Source of the DNA: Dehalococcoidia bacterium
GTDB taxonomy: Bacteria; Chloroflexota; Dehalococcoidia; UBA2979
Direction: 5' to 3'
Length of the DNA stretch: 64,000 nucleotides
Assembly (NCBI GenBank): GCA_965262725.1
Contig: OZ253555.1
Span: 3,200,001 to 3,264,000, forward strand
Program-made: the position numbers and the translations under genes
Notes under the pieces: model-generated
What the model was told of the DNA's origin: nothing
What the model saw: only the letters and a program-made list of their open reading frames with translations
Database searches by the model: none
In this document: positions 1 through 9,084 of the stretch, piece after piece
How positions within the stretch are numbered: the stretch's first letter is position 1
How the letters are laid out: each line of letters opens with the position of its first letter

Positions 1-199
1 GCTCGGCCGTGCCGGTTCCCTTCTCACCCGCGAGCTGGCACGCGAGTTGCACCTTCGCCGTGTCCCACGGCTGCGCTTTCTCGCCGATCACTCGATCCGT
101 GAGGGGAGCCGCCTGACGGATCTGATGCGGGATCTGACGCTCAGCGGTCAGTGCGACACGGGCGAGAGCGTGGCCGGCCCGGGAGAGCCTCCCCCGTGA
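1..199 (+). CDS. rbfA: Ribosome-binding factor A, 3' part (truncated by window edge)
   Basis: Frame 2 reads LTRELARELHLRRVPRLRFLADHSIREGSRL, the RbfA C-terminal pattern; TGA at 197-199 overlaps the truB GTG; rbfA-truB order is conserved. Confidence 0.85.
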   Translation, partial: LGRAGSLLTRELARELHLRRVPRLRFLADHSIREGSRLTDLMRDLTLSGQCDTGESVAGPGEPPP

Positions 200-1233
200 C
201 GCGGAGTGCCACGACGGGGCGCCCGGCCCTACGGGGCTTCCTGAACATCGACAAGCCCGCCGGCCTCAGTTCCTTCGATGTCGTGCGCGCCGTCCGCCGC
301 GCCGCGGGCATCCGACGCGTCGGCCACGCCGGCACGCTCGACCCCGCAGCCACCGGCGTGCTCCCGATCGCCCTCGGCGAGGCAACCCGTCTCGTCGAGG
401 AGGTGATGGACGCGCGCAAGCGCTACCGCACCGCTATCGAGTTCGGGGTGGAGACCGACACCGACGACGGCGATGGCGAGGTCGTTGGCCGTGGCGATGC
501 CTCCTCCGTCTCGCACGAGCAGGTCGAGGCCGAGCTCGCCCCCTTCCGCGGGGAGCAGTGGCAGAGGCCGCCCGCCTACTCGGCCGTGAAGCGCGGCGGC
601 GTCCCCGCCTACCGGGCGGCCCGCGCGGGAGCGCCGCTCGATCTCGAGGAGCGGCCGGTGGTGACGTACGCCGTCGACCTCGTCGGCTTCGAGCGAGGGG
701 AGGGCCGGGGACCCCTGGCCACGGTCGAGGTGGAATGCGGACGCGGCTACTACGTGCGCTCCCTGGCGCGCGACCTCGGTCGGGCCCTCGGCTGCGGCGC
801 CTGCGTTCGGGGGCTGAGGCGGCTCTCGGTCGGGCCCTTCCGCGCGGCGGAGTCCGTACCGCTCGCGTACGCGGAGGAGCGACTCCGGGCGGGGGACGTG
901 GAGACGCTCCTGCACGCGCCCGACGCGGTAGTGACCGGCTGGCCGGCGCTCATCGTCGGCGAGGGGGCGGTCGCGGAGCTGCGGGTTGGGCGCGACATCC
1001 GCGCACCGCGCCGGTGGCCGCACCCAGTCGCGGCCCAGGGACAGAGGGCGCGCTGCTACGGGCCCGACGGGCACCTCGTGGCGCTCCTGGCGGCGACCGC
1101 GATTCCCGATGCCTGGCACCCCTACCGCGTGCTTCCGGCCGGCCCCCGGGAGGCGGGAGCCACGCCCGAGCCGGGCGGCGAGATGGGCGTGAGGGAGCCC
1201 GTATCCGGATCTGACGACGGACACTGTCGTTGA
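196..1233 (+). CDS. truB: tRNA pseudouridine(55) synthase
   Basis: NIDKPAG, GHAGTLDPAATGVL, PPAYSAVK and GYYVRSLARDLG motifs; GTG start overlaps the rbfA stop. Confidence 0.96.
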   Translation: MTRSATTGRPALRGFLNIDKPAGLSSFDVVRAVRRAAGIRRVGHAGTLDPAATGVLPIALGEATRLVEEVMDARKRYRTAIEFGVETDTDDGDGEVVGRGDASSVSHEQVEAELAPFRGEQWQRPPAYSAVKRGGVPAYRAARAGAPLDLEERPVVTYAVDLVGFERGEGRGPLATVEVECGRGYYVRSLARDLGRALGCGACVRGLRRLSVGPFRAAESVPLAYAEERLRAGDVETLLHAPDAVVTGWPALIVGEGAVAELRVGRDIRAPRRWPHPVAAQGQRARCYGPDGHLVALLAATAIPDAWHPYRVLPAGPREAGATPEPGGEMGVREPVSGSDDGHCR

Positions 1234-1341
1234 CACTGGGCTCGGCCCTCAAGTAGAGGTATCAGGTACCTGCCGACGGGGCGGGTGAGTGTGACCTGCG
1301 CGCCCCAGCAAGCGCCGGGAGGCTTCGGCCGGAGGAGGACG

Positions 1342-1488
1342 ATGGAAGCGTACTGCCTGAAGTGCCGCGACAAGCGCGAGATGAGCAATTCCACGTCCAT
1401 CACCATGAAGAACGGCCGCCCCGCCGTGCAGGGCACCTGTCCGACCTGCGGGACGAAGATGTTCAAGATTCAGAAGGCTCAGGCCTAG
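1342..1488 (+). CDS. Small basic zinc-ribbon protein (DUF5679-like)
   Basis: 48 aa, YCLKC...MKNGR...GTCPTCGTK; strong SD GGAGGAGG at 1331-1338. Confidence 0.85.
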   Translation: MEAYCLKCRDKREMSNSTSITMKNGRPAVQGTCPTCGTKMFKIQKAQA

Positions 1489-1528
1489 CGACCCACGACG
1501 CCGACCCTGAAGTCGGACGAAGCAGAGC

Positions 1529-2440
1529 TCAACTGTCGGCTTCGGCCGCGTCGGCCCACCCGCGCCGAGCTCTCAGTGCGAACTCGAGAAACGCGTCGCG
1601 GCGGGGGTGGGGCCGCGCGTCGGCCCGGCGCACGCCCACGAGCACGCGCTCGGCGACGAACCGGCCGCGACGGAGCGCGCCGCCCCCGCGCTCGGCAACG
1701 GGATCAGGCAGCACGCTCCAGCCGAGGCCGAGCGCAACCATCTGGCGCAGCACCTCTGGATTGTGGCTTTCCAGCGTGACCCGTGGATCGATGCCGAGCG
1801 CGGCTAGCCCGGCGTCGATGAGGCCGCGTGTGCGCTGGCCCCGCGGATAGAGCACCCAGTCGGAGTCGGCCGGGTCGCTGACCGGCCCCGGCGGTGCGTA
1901 GAGGTGGAGGGGCTCCCGCTCGACCTCCGCGCTCCAGAGGTCGGCATCGGCGGGACCGACCACGAACGCGAGGTCCAGCTCGAAGCGACGCAACCGATCG
2001 AGCAGGGTCGTGCTCGTGTCGACACTGAGCCTGAGATCGACACCGGGGAAGCGCGCGGCGAAATCGCGTACGACGCCGGGGAGGACGTAGAGGCTCGCCG
2101 CGTCGATCATCCCCACACGCAGCGTCCCGCGCTCGCCCCGGGCGCGTTCGCCGAGCTGCTCTCGGAGGTCCTCCACCTGCGCCGCCACGCGCTCCGCGAA
2201 GGCAAGCACCTCCTCCCCCTCCCCGGTGAGGCGGCGGCCACGGCCGTCCCGCTCGACGAGCGGCACGCCGACGCGGCGCTCCAGGTTCGCGAGCGCGCGG
2301 GAGAGGGCCGGCTGGCTGACGCCGAGCCTCGGGGCGGCGGACATGACGCCCCCAGCGCGCGCGATCTCCCGTAGGTAGGAGAGCTGCCGCAGCCGCACGT
2401 CGAGAAGCGATGCCGGATCGGCGTGGGAGTGGTCGGCCAT
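1529..2440 (-). CDS. LysR family transcriptional regulator
   Basis: HTH LRQLSY...AAPRLGVSQPALSRALANLE plus substrate-binding domain (GTLRVG, ELDLAFV). Confidence 0.93.
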   Translation of the reverse strand: MADHSHADPASLLDVRLRQLSYLREIARAGGVMSAAPRLGVSQPALSRALANLERRVGVPLVERDGRGRRLTGEGEEVLAFAERVAAQVEDLREQLGERARGERGTLRVGMIDAASLYVLPGVVRDFAARFPGVDLRLSVDTSTTLLDRLRRFELDLAFVVGPADADLWSAEVEREPLHLYAPPGPVSDPADSDWVLYPRGQRTRGLIDAGLAALGIDPRVTLESHNPEVLRQMVALGLGWSVLPDPVAERGGGALRRGRFVAERVLVGVRRADARPHPRRDAFLEFALRARRGWADAAEADS

Positions 2441-2592
2441 CGTCGCCGTCCCCGTTTCCGTACACATACTGTTCTGCTATATGTTTATCACATCCAATGC
2501 ATTTGTAGTATCCGTTGGGCTGCGCTACCGTTCCGCGCAACGACCGCGCCCGCCGGCACGCGGGCGGTCCCACGAAACGGAGAACGAGTCAG

Positions 2593-3717
2593 ATGGGCAA
2601 GGAAATCAAGGTCGCCATCATCGGCGTCGGCAACTGCGCCTCCTCGCTGGTACAGGGCGTTGAGTTCTACCGCGACGCGGAGGACGGGCAAACGATCCCG
2701 GGGCTGATGCACCCGGTCCTCGGCGGCTACCGCATCCGCGACATCCGCTTCACCGCGGCCTTCGACATCGACGCAAACAAGGTGGGAACCGACCTCGCCG
2801 AGGCGATCTACGCACCGCCGAACAACACCTTCCGCTTCGCGGACGTGCCGACGACCGGCGTAGTCGTCGACCGCGGCATGACGCACGACGGCCTCGGCCG
2901 CTACCTCTCCGAGGTGATCACGAAGGCGCCGGGCTCGACGGTCGACATAGTCCGGATCCTGCGGGACACCGAGACCGATGTGGTGATCAACTACCTCCCG
3001 GTCGGATCCGAGTCCGCCACCAAGTGGTACGTCGAGCAGGTACTGCAGGCGGGGTGCGCGTTCATCAACTGCATCCCCGTCTTCATCGCGCGGCAGGAGG
3101 ACTGGGGCGAGCGCTTCCGCGAGCACGGCCTGCCGATCATCGGCGACGACATCAAGTCGCAGGTCGGCGCCACCATCCTGCACCGCACCATGACCCGCCT
3201 CTTCGCAGACCGCGGGGTCCGCCTCGACCGCACCTACCAGCTCAACTTCGGCGGCAACACGGACTTCCTCAACATGCTCGAGCGCGAGCGCCTCGAGTCG
3301 AAGAAGATCTCGAAGACCAACGCCGTCACCTCCCAGATCGACTTCGAGATGCCGGACGGCGACGTGCACGTCGGTCCGTCGGATCACGTTCCCTGGCTGC
3401 AGGACCGCAAGTGGTGCCACATCCGCATGGAGGGCACGACCTTCGGCGAGGTGCCGCTCACGGTGGAGACCAAGCTCGAGGTCTGGGACAGCCCGAACTC
3501 GGCGGGGGTCGTGATTGACGCGATCCGCTGCGCCAAGCTCGCGCTCGACCGCGGGCAGTCGGGACCGCTGCTCGAGCCGTCGGCATACTTCATGAAGTCG
3601 CCGCCCGAGCAGTGGCATGACGACGTCGCCCGCGACCGACTCGAGGCCTTCATCGCGGGGAACGACGAGGAGGGGACGGGGGCCGCGGCTCGGGCCGCAC
3701 ACGACGGCGCGGAGTAG
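2593..3717 (+). CDS. ino1: myo-inositol-1-phosphate synthase
   Basis: [46 protein letters not shown] and YFMKSPP motifs. Confidence 0.96.
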   Translation: MGKEIKVAIIGVGNCASSLVQGVEFYRDAEDGQTIPGLMHPVLGGYRIRDIRFTAAFDIDANKVGTDLAEAIYAPPNNTFRFADVPTTGVVVDRGMTHDGLGRYLSEVITKAPGSTVDIVRILRDTETDVVINYLPVGSESATKWYVEQVLQAGCAFINCIPVFIARQEDWGERFREHGLPIIGDDIKSQVGATILHRTMTRLFADRGVRLDRTYQLNFGGNTDFLNMLERERLESKKISKTNAVTSQIDFEMPDGDVHVGPSDHVPWLQDRKWCHIRMEGTTFGEVPLTVETKLEVWDSPNSAGVVIDAIRCAKLALDRGQSGPLLEPSAYFMKSPPEQWHDDVARDRLEAFIAGNDEEGTGAAARAAHDGAE

Positions 3718-3727
3718 GGATCCCGCC

Positions 3728-4603
3728 GTGATCGCCTACGCCGCGGTGCGGCTGATCGCGGCTCTCGCGCGGACGCTGCCGCGTCCGATCTCCTACGCGC
3801 TCGCCCGTGCCGGCGGCGTGCTCGCCTACCACGTGTGGTGGGGCGGGCGTCGGCGGTGCGTCGCCAACATGCTCCGGGTCGCCGATGGCGATGCCACGGC
3901 GGCCAGGCGCCTCGCGCGGCGCTCTTTCTCCAACTACGGCGCCTACCTCGTCGACTTCCTGCGGCTCCTCGGCGCACGCCCCGAGGAGGTAGGCGCCCGC
4001 TTCGACTTCGACGACTGGGATCGGATCGCGGCCGAGCGCAGGGGCAACGGCATCGTCTTCGTCACCGCCCACTACGGGCTCTGGGACATTGGGGCGGTCG
4101 CGCTCTCGGCGCGCGGCTTCCCGGTGACCACCGTCGCCGACCGATTCCAGAACGCGCGCCTCGACCACCTGATCCTCGGATCGCGCGAGCGGCTCGGCCT
4201 CACCATCATCTCCGCCGATCGCATCGGTCCGCGCCTGCTGCGAGCGCTCCGGCGCAACGAGATCACGGCGCTCCACGTCGACATCCCCGTCGCGGAGGCG
4301 GGCGCGCGCATCGAGTTCTTCGGCGCCCCCGTGGGGGTCGCGGACGGCTTCGCGCGGCTGGCCTTGAGGGCACGTGCGCCGGTGATCGCCGCGACGCTGC
4401 CGCGACGCGGCCCCTGGAGCGAGCACGCTCGCGGCCGCATCGATCCCATCGAATTCGAGCCGACCGGGGACGCCGACCTCGACGTGCACGCACTGACACA
4501 GGCGACCTTCCGCGTGCTCGAGAGGCACATCCGCGACGACCCCGCGCAGTGGTACATCTTCCGCGACCTCTGGCTCGAGCCGACCGCGGTCTCTCGGGAC
4601 TAG
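3728..4603 (+). CDS. Lipid acyltransferase 1 (LpxL/PatA-like family)
   Basis: H-x4-D motif HYGLWD, FFGAP, C-terminal PAQWYIFRDLW. Confidence 0.85.
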   Translation: MIAYAAVRLIAALARTLPRPISYALARAGGVLAYHVWWGGRRRCVANMLRVADGDATAARRLARRSFSNYGAYLVDFLRLLGARPEEVGARFDFDDWDRIAAERRGNGIVFVTAHYGLWDIGAVALSARGFPVTTVADRFQNARLDHLILGSRERLGLTIISADRIGPRLLRALRRNEITALHVDIPVAEAGARIEFFGAPVGVADGFARLALRARAPVIAATLPRRGPWSEHARGRIDPIEFEPTGDADLDVHALTQATFRVLERHIRDDPAQWYIFRDLWLEPTAVSRD

Positions 4604-4613
4604 CGGGGCGGTC

Positions 4614-5489
4614 GTGCTGCGCTACGTGGCGCTGTGGCTCGCGGTCAGGGCCGGGCGCTGGGTCCCGGTGCGTGCGCTCTACGCCGCCGCGGATGTTGCG
4701 GCGCGCCTCGCGTGGGCGGGCTCCCCGGGGCTGCGCTCTGTCACGCGCGACCACATGCGCCACGTCCTGGGCATCGGCGCGGCGGCGACGGAGATGGACG
4801 GCGCCGCGCGCGGCGCCGTGCGCTCGGCCGCCTTCTACTACGCCGACCTCGCGCGCTACTCCCACCTCGACCCCGAGGACTCGTTCGCGGAGGTCGAGTC
4901 CTACGAGGGCGTCGAGCACCTCTTTCAGGCATGGGATCGCGGCTGCGGCGTGGTGATGGTGTCGGCCCACCTCGGCAACCCGGAGATGATCGTGCAGGCG
5001 CTCGGGCCCTTCGGCATCGCGCCGATGGTGCTGACCGAGCCGCTCGCGCCCCGGCGCCTGCACGACCTCGTGCACGAGGTGCGCCAGCACACGGGCGTGC
5101 CGTTCGTCCCGGTCGACCGGGCGGGGATGCGCCGAGCGGTCGCGCACCTCCGCTCCGGAGGCGCGCTCGCGATTCTCGCGGACCGTGACGTGCTGGGAAG
5201 CGGCCGTCCGGCTCCCTTCTTCGGCGAACGCGCGCCCATGCCGCACGGCGCCGTCGAGCTCGCGCGGCGCACGGGGGCAGCCCTCGTCACCGGCTTCGTC
5301 TACCGCGCGGGCGTCGCGCGCTACCGCATCGTGATCGAGCCACCGCTCACGATCCCGCGCACCGAGGACCGCGCCGCGGACACCCGCGAGGGGATGCGCC
5401 TCCTCCTAGCCCGGCTGGAGCGGGGCATCCGGGCAGCGCCGGAGCAGTGGTTCGCGCTCACGCCGGTGTGGACCCGCATTCCGCGCTGA
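4614..5489 (+). CDS. Lipid acyltransferase 2 (LpxL/PatA-like family)
   Basis: H-x4-E motif HLGNPE, LADRD, PFFGE, PEQWFALTPVW. Confidence 0.87.
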   Translation: MLRYVALWLAVRAGRWVPVRALYAAADVAARLAWAGSPGLRSVTRDHMRHVLGIGAAATEMDGAARGAVRSAAFYYADLARYSHLDPEDSFAEVESYEGVEHLFQAWDRGCGVVMVSAHLGNPEMIVQALGPFGIAPMVLTEPLAPRRLHDLVHEVRQHTGVPFVPVDRAGMRRAVAHLRSGGALAILADRDVLGSGRPAPFFGERAPMPHGAVELARRTGAALVTGFVYRAGVARYRIVIEPPLTIPRTEDRAADTREGMRLLLARLERGIRAAPEQWFALTPVWTRIPR

Positions 5490-5520
5490 GCCGGCGGCGC
5501 GGCGCGTACAATGCCCCCCG

Positions 5521-6396
5521 ATGGCTGAACATGACCCCCGCAGCGAGCCGCCGGTGGTGCCGGATCAGAACCGCCGAGCCGACGACGAACCCCCGAGCGT
5601 CGCCGCGCCTCGGCGCTACGGTCTCGCCGACCTCCAGATCCATACGTCGGACGGCGACGGGATGATGGACGCCCCTGCGATTCTCGATTACGTCGAGCAC
5701 GAGACCGACCTCGACATCATCGCCATCACCGACCACGACGACATCGGGGGGGCGCTCGCCGCGCGCGAGATCCACGCGCGGGGGCGCTACCGCTTCGAGC
5801 TCATCACCGGCATCGAGTTGACAACGCGCTCGGGACACCTCCTTGCGCTCGATGTCGACTCCCCGCTCCGTCCCCTCCGACCGCTCGACGAGACCGTCGC
5901 CGCGATCCACCGCCTGGGCGGGATCGCTGTCATCCCGCATCCACTCTCCTATCTCACGCGCTCGATCGGCGAGCGCTCCCTCCGGCGCCTCCTGGCAGCG
6001 GGCGATGCGGAGCTGCGCCCCGACGGCATCGAGCTCGCCAACGGCTCGCCGGCGGCACGCGTCACGGAGAAGAAGGCGCGGCGCCTCAATAGCGAGTCGT
6101 TTCACCTCCCGGAGACGGGCGGCTCCGACGCCCACTTCCTCCCCGAGGTGGGGCGGGCGGCGACCCTCTTCGCCGGCGCGAGCACCGCGGAGCTGCGCTC
6201 AGCGCTCGCGGCCGGGGCAACCGAGGCGCGGCTGCTGGCGACCACCCCCCTCTCCGCGATCGGCTGGCGCGCACTCGCCCGGCAGCAGGTCCGCGGCCTC
6301 TCGGTGACACCCCGGCGGGTGCTGGGACCCCCGCTCTCCCGGGTCGGGCGCCGGGTGCGCTCGATCGCGACGCTCGCGGGCGGAGGTGCGCGGTGA
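5521..6396 (+). CDS. PHP-domain metal-dependent phosphoesterase
   Basis: DLQIHTSDGDG, AITDHD, GIE, GHLL, PHP and GGSDAH motifs. Confidence 0.88.
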   Translation: MAEHDPRSEPPVVPDQNRRADDEPPSVAAPRRYGLADLQIHTSDGDGMMDAPAILDYVEHETDLDIIAITDHDDIGGALAAREIHARGRYRFELITGIELTTRSGHLLALDVDSPLRPLRPLDETVAAIHRLGGIAVIPHPLSYLTRSIGERSLRRLLAAGDAELRPDGIELANGSPAARVTEKKARRLNSESFHLPETGGSDAHFLPEVGRAATLFAGASTAELRSALAAGATEARLLATTPLSAIGWRALARQQVRGLSVTPRRVLGPPLSRVGRRVRSIATLAGGGAR

Positions 6397-7616
6397 GAAT
6401 CGCCCTGGTCTCGCCCTACGACTGGCAGACGCCTAGCGGCGTGAACAACCACGTCGCGCAGCTCCGGCGCGAGTTCCTCGAGCGCGGGCACGAGACCCAG
6501 ATCCTCGCCCCCGGCACCACCGACCCGCATGAGCCGGGGATCACGATCGTCGGGCGGCCGAGGCCGATCCCGGCATCCGGCTCGACGGCGCGCATCTCGC
6601 TCAACCCGCGCCTGGGGCGACAGGTGCGGGCGTTGCTTACCACGGGTCGCTACGACGTCGTCCACGTGCACGAGCCGTTGATGCCGGTGCTTCCCCTGCA
6701 GGCGCTGCGCCACGCGCGCCGCGCGAACCCCGACGCGATCACCGTCGGTACCTTCCACGCGACGAAGGACGGCGGCAACCGGCTCTACTCCTACGGCCGC
6801 AGGCTGCTGAAACGCTGGTTCCGCGAGGTCGACGGGAAGATCGCCGTCTCGCCGCCCGCGGCGAGCTACGTGGGACGATACTTCCCGGGGTTCTACAACA
6901 TCATCCCGAATGGCATCGACGTGGTTCGGTTCCGGAACCCCTCGGGGGCGAGGCGTCCGGAACTCGACGACGGCGTCGTCAACATCCTCTACGTCGGGCG
7001 GGCGGAGAAGCGCAAGGGGCTCTCCTACCTCATCCGCGCTTTCGGCACGGTGAACGCCCGCGACCCACACACGCGCCTCGTCGTGGTCGGGCCGAACGAG
7101 AGGGCACTCAGCCGCTACCGGACGTCGATCGAGCGGATGGGCCGTCGCGGCGTCCACTTCGTCGGCCGCGTCCCGCATGAGGAGCTCGCGAGCTACTACC
7201 GCAGCGCCGATATGGTCTGCTCGCCCGCCGTCGGACACGAGTCGCAGGGATACGTCCTGCTGGAGGCGATGGCGTCGGGCGTGCCGGTCGTCGCCTCCAA
7301 CATCGAGGGCTACGCCTCCGTGGTCACACACCGCCGCGACGGCTTGCTCGTCCGGCCGAAGGACTCTTTCGCCCTCGCCGACGCCCTGACCGCGCTCGTG
7401 CGAGACCCGCTGCTGCGCCGGCGGCTCGCCGCTGCGGGGGCCCACCGCGTCGAGGATTACTCCTGGCCACACGTCACCGAGCGCCTCCTCGCCTACTACG
7501 AGCGGCTGCGCGACTCGCGCGGGATCCCCGCGAGGCGCCCGACGGACGCCGCGTTCGCCCCCTACGCGGGCACCGGCATCCGCCCCGCGCCGCGCCGCGC
7601 CGCCGCGGGGCAATGA
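6393..7616 (+). CDS. GT4 glycosyltransferase, PimA-like phosphatidylinositol mannosyltransferase
   Basis: MRIALVSPYDW, HVHEP, TFH, IPNGID, RKG and ESQGYVLLEAMA; cluster context. Confidence 0.85.
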   Translation: MRIALVSPYDWQTPSGVNNHVAQLRREFLERGHETQILAPGTTDPHEPGITIVGRPRPIPASGSTARISLNPRLGRQVRALLTTGRYDVVHVHEPLMPVLPLQALRHARRANPDAITVGTFHATKDGGNRLYSYGRRLLKRWFREVDGKIAVSPPAASYVGRYFPGFYNIIPNGIDVVRFRNPSGARRPELDDGVVNILYVGRAEKRKGLSYLIRAFGTVNARDPHTRLVVVGPNERALSRYRTSIERMGRRGVHFVGRVPHEELASYYRSADMVCSPAVGHESQGYVLLEAMASGVPVVASNIEGYASVVTHRRDGLLVRPKDSFALADALTALVRDPLLRRRLAAAGAHRVEDYSWPHVTERLLAYYERLRDSRGIPARRPTDAAFAPYAGTGIRPAPRRAAAGQ

Positions 7617-8242
7617 GCGGGATCCGCGTGCGCCTTCTCCCCGGACGCGCTCCAGAGCGGCTCACGACGCCGCTCGTGCGCCCACTCGCCGCGCTCGGCG
7701 TCAGCCCGCACACCGTCTCGGCCACCGCGCTCGGGGGCAGCCTCGCCGCGGCGGCGCTCATCGCACGCGGCGATCTCCTCCTCGGCGGCGGCGTGATGCT
7801 CGCGGCGGCCGCCCTCGACTCCATCGACGGCGCGCTGGCGCGCCACAGCGGCCGCGCCTCGCGGGTGGGAGCGCTCCTCGACTCCACCTTCGACCGCGTC
7901 GCGGAGGCGGCGGTGCTCGGCGCACTGCTCTACCACCAGCTCGGTCTCGGCCACCGCGAGGAATCGATGCTCGTCTTCGCCTCGCTCGCCGGATCCCTGC
8001 TCGTCTCGTACGTGCGGGCGCGCGGCGAGGCGGAGGGCGTCGTCGTCACCGACGGTCTCCTCGCGCGCACGGAGCGCGTCCTGCTGCTGGGAGCGGGGTT
8101 GATCACGGGATGGATCCGGGTGGCGCTGTGGCTGCTTGCCGCGCTCTCCCTCCTCACCGCGGCGCAGCGCCTCGTGCTGGCTGTGAGAGCGCTCCGGGCG
8201 CGCGACGCCGACGAGGGGGAGGGGGAGGGGGAGGGCCGATGA
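7613..8242 (+). CDS. CDP-alcohol phosphatidyltransferase (phosphatidylinositol-phosphate synthase-like)
   Basis: DSIDGALAR...GALLDSTFDR signature, LVSYVRAR, RTER. Confidence 0.9.
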   Translation: MSGIRVRLLPGRAPERLTTPLVRPLAALGVSPHTVSATALGGSLAAAALIARGDLLLGGGVMLAAAALDSIDGALARHSGRASRVGALLDSTFDRVAEAAVLGALLYHQLGLGHREESMLVFASLAGSLLVSYVRARGEAEGVVVTDGLLARTERVLLLGAGLITGWIRVALWLLAALSLLTAAQRLVLAVRALRARDADEGEGEGEGR

Positions 8243-9084
8243 GCCCGATGCAGCGCGAGGCACGCGCCGAGATGGCCGCCTACCTCGCCCGCTCGCTAAG
8301 TGGACGGGTCGGGCTGGATGTCTGGACGCGGGTCGAGTCCGGGCTGGTGCTCCCCGACCGCGATGGCTGCACGCACTGCGACGCGGTCGTCGAGACTGCC
8401 CGCGAGATCGCGACGACCCACGACGCGATCTCCGTCACGCTCTACGACCTCGACCGACATGCCTCGCGTGCCGGGGAGGCTGGCGCAGAGCGCGCACCGA
8501 CGACCGTGCTCCGGGGTGGCGGACGCTCGCTCCGCTTCGTCGGCTTCTGGTCGGGTCCGCTCCTCGCCCCGCTGGTGACGATCATCGGGCTACTCGGCGG
8601 CGCCTCCCGCCCGCTCTCTCCGGAGAGCCGCGAGGCGCTCGGCCGGCTCCCGCGTCACGTCGACGTCGAGCTCGCCGTGACGCCCTTCGATCCGATCTCG
8701 CCGCACCTGATGCTGCTGCTCGGGGCGATCGCCGCCGAGACGCGCTCGGTGAACGTCACCGTCACCGAGTACGCGGAGTTCCCGAAGCTCGCGGCGCGGC
8801 GCTCCGTCGTCGAACTCCCGACGCTCTGGATCGGCGAGCGGCGCTACGCCGGCGTGTGGAGCGATGGCGAGCTCATCGAGCAGATCACGCGCGAGGGAGA
8901 CGGCAACACCGAGCCGGTGATCCGCGAGAGCACACTCTCCGTGCCCTATCTGAGCGAGGAGCGTGCCCAGCAGCTCGCCCGGCAGGCGCCGGGGCCGGGG
9001 CCGGGGCTCCCGGGGCTCGGCCCCGGCACCGAGGCGGCCCCGGAGCCGGGCAGGTCCGGGCTAATCGTGCCGGGCCGCGGCTAG
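8239..9084 (+). CDS. Two-thioredoxin-fold protein (PDO/AhpF-N-like)
   Basis: CTHC in the first domain; second domain has TPFDPISP in place of CxxC, plus EFPKLA..SVVELPT. Confidence 0.7.
   Translation: MSPMQREARAEMAAYLARSLSGRVGLDVWTRVESGLVLPDRDGCTHCDAVVETAREIATTHDAISVTLYDLDRHASRAGEAGAERAPTTVLRGGGRSLRFVGFWSGPLLAPLVTIIGLLGGASRPLSPESREALGRLPRHVDVELAVTPFDPISPHLMLLLGAIAAETRSVNVTVTEYAEFPKLAARRSVVELPTLWIGERRYAGVWSDGELIEQITREGDGNTEPVIRESTLSVPYLSEERAQQLARQAPGPGPGLPGLGPGTEAAPEPGRSGLIVPGRG

Noticed and set aside
2459-2475. GTAC..GTTC resembling a LexA (GAAC-N4-GTTC) box
   Set aside because: Spacing and left half-site do not fit
3728-5489. Lipid A (LpxL) biosynthesis reading of the acyltransferases
   Set aside because: No lpx or kds genes in the window; the context is inositol lipid synthesis
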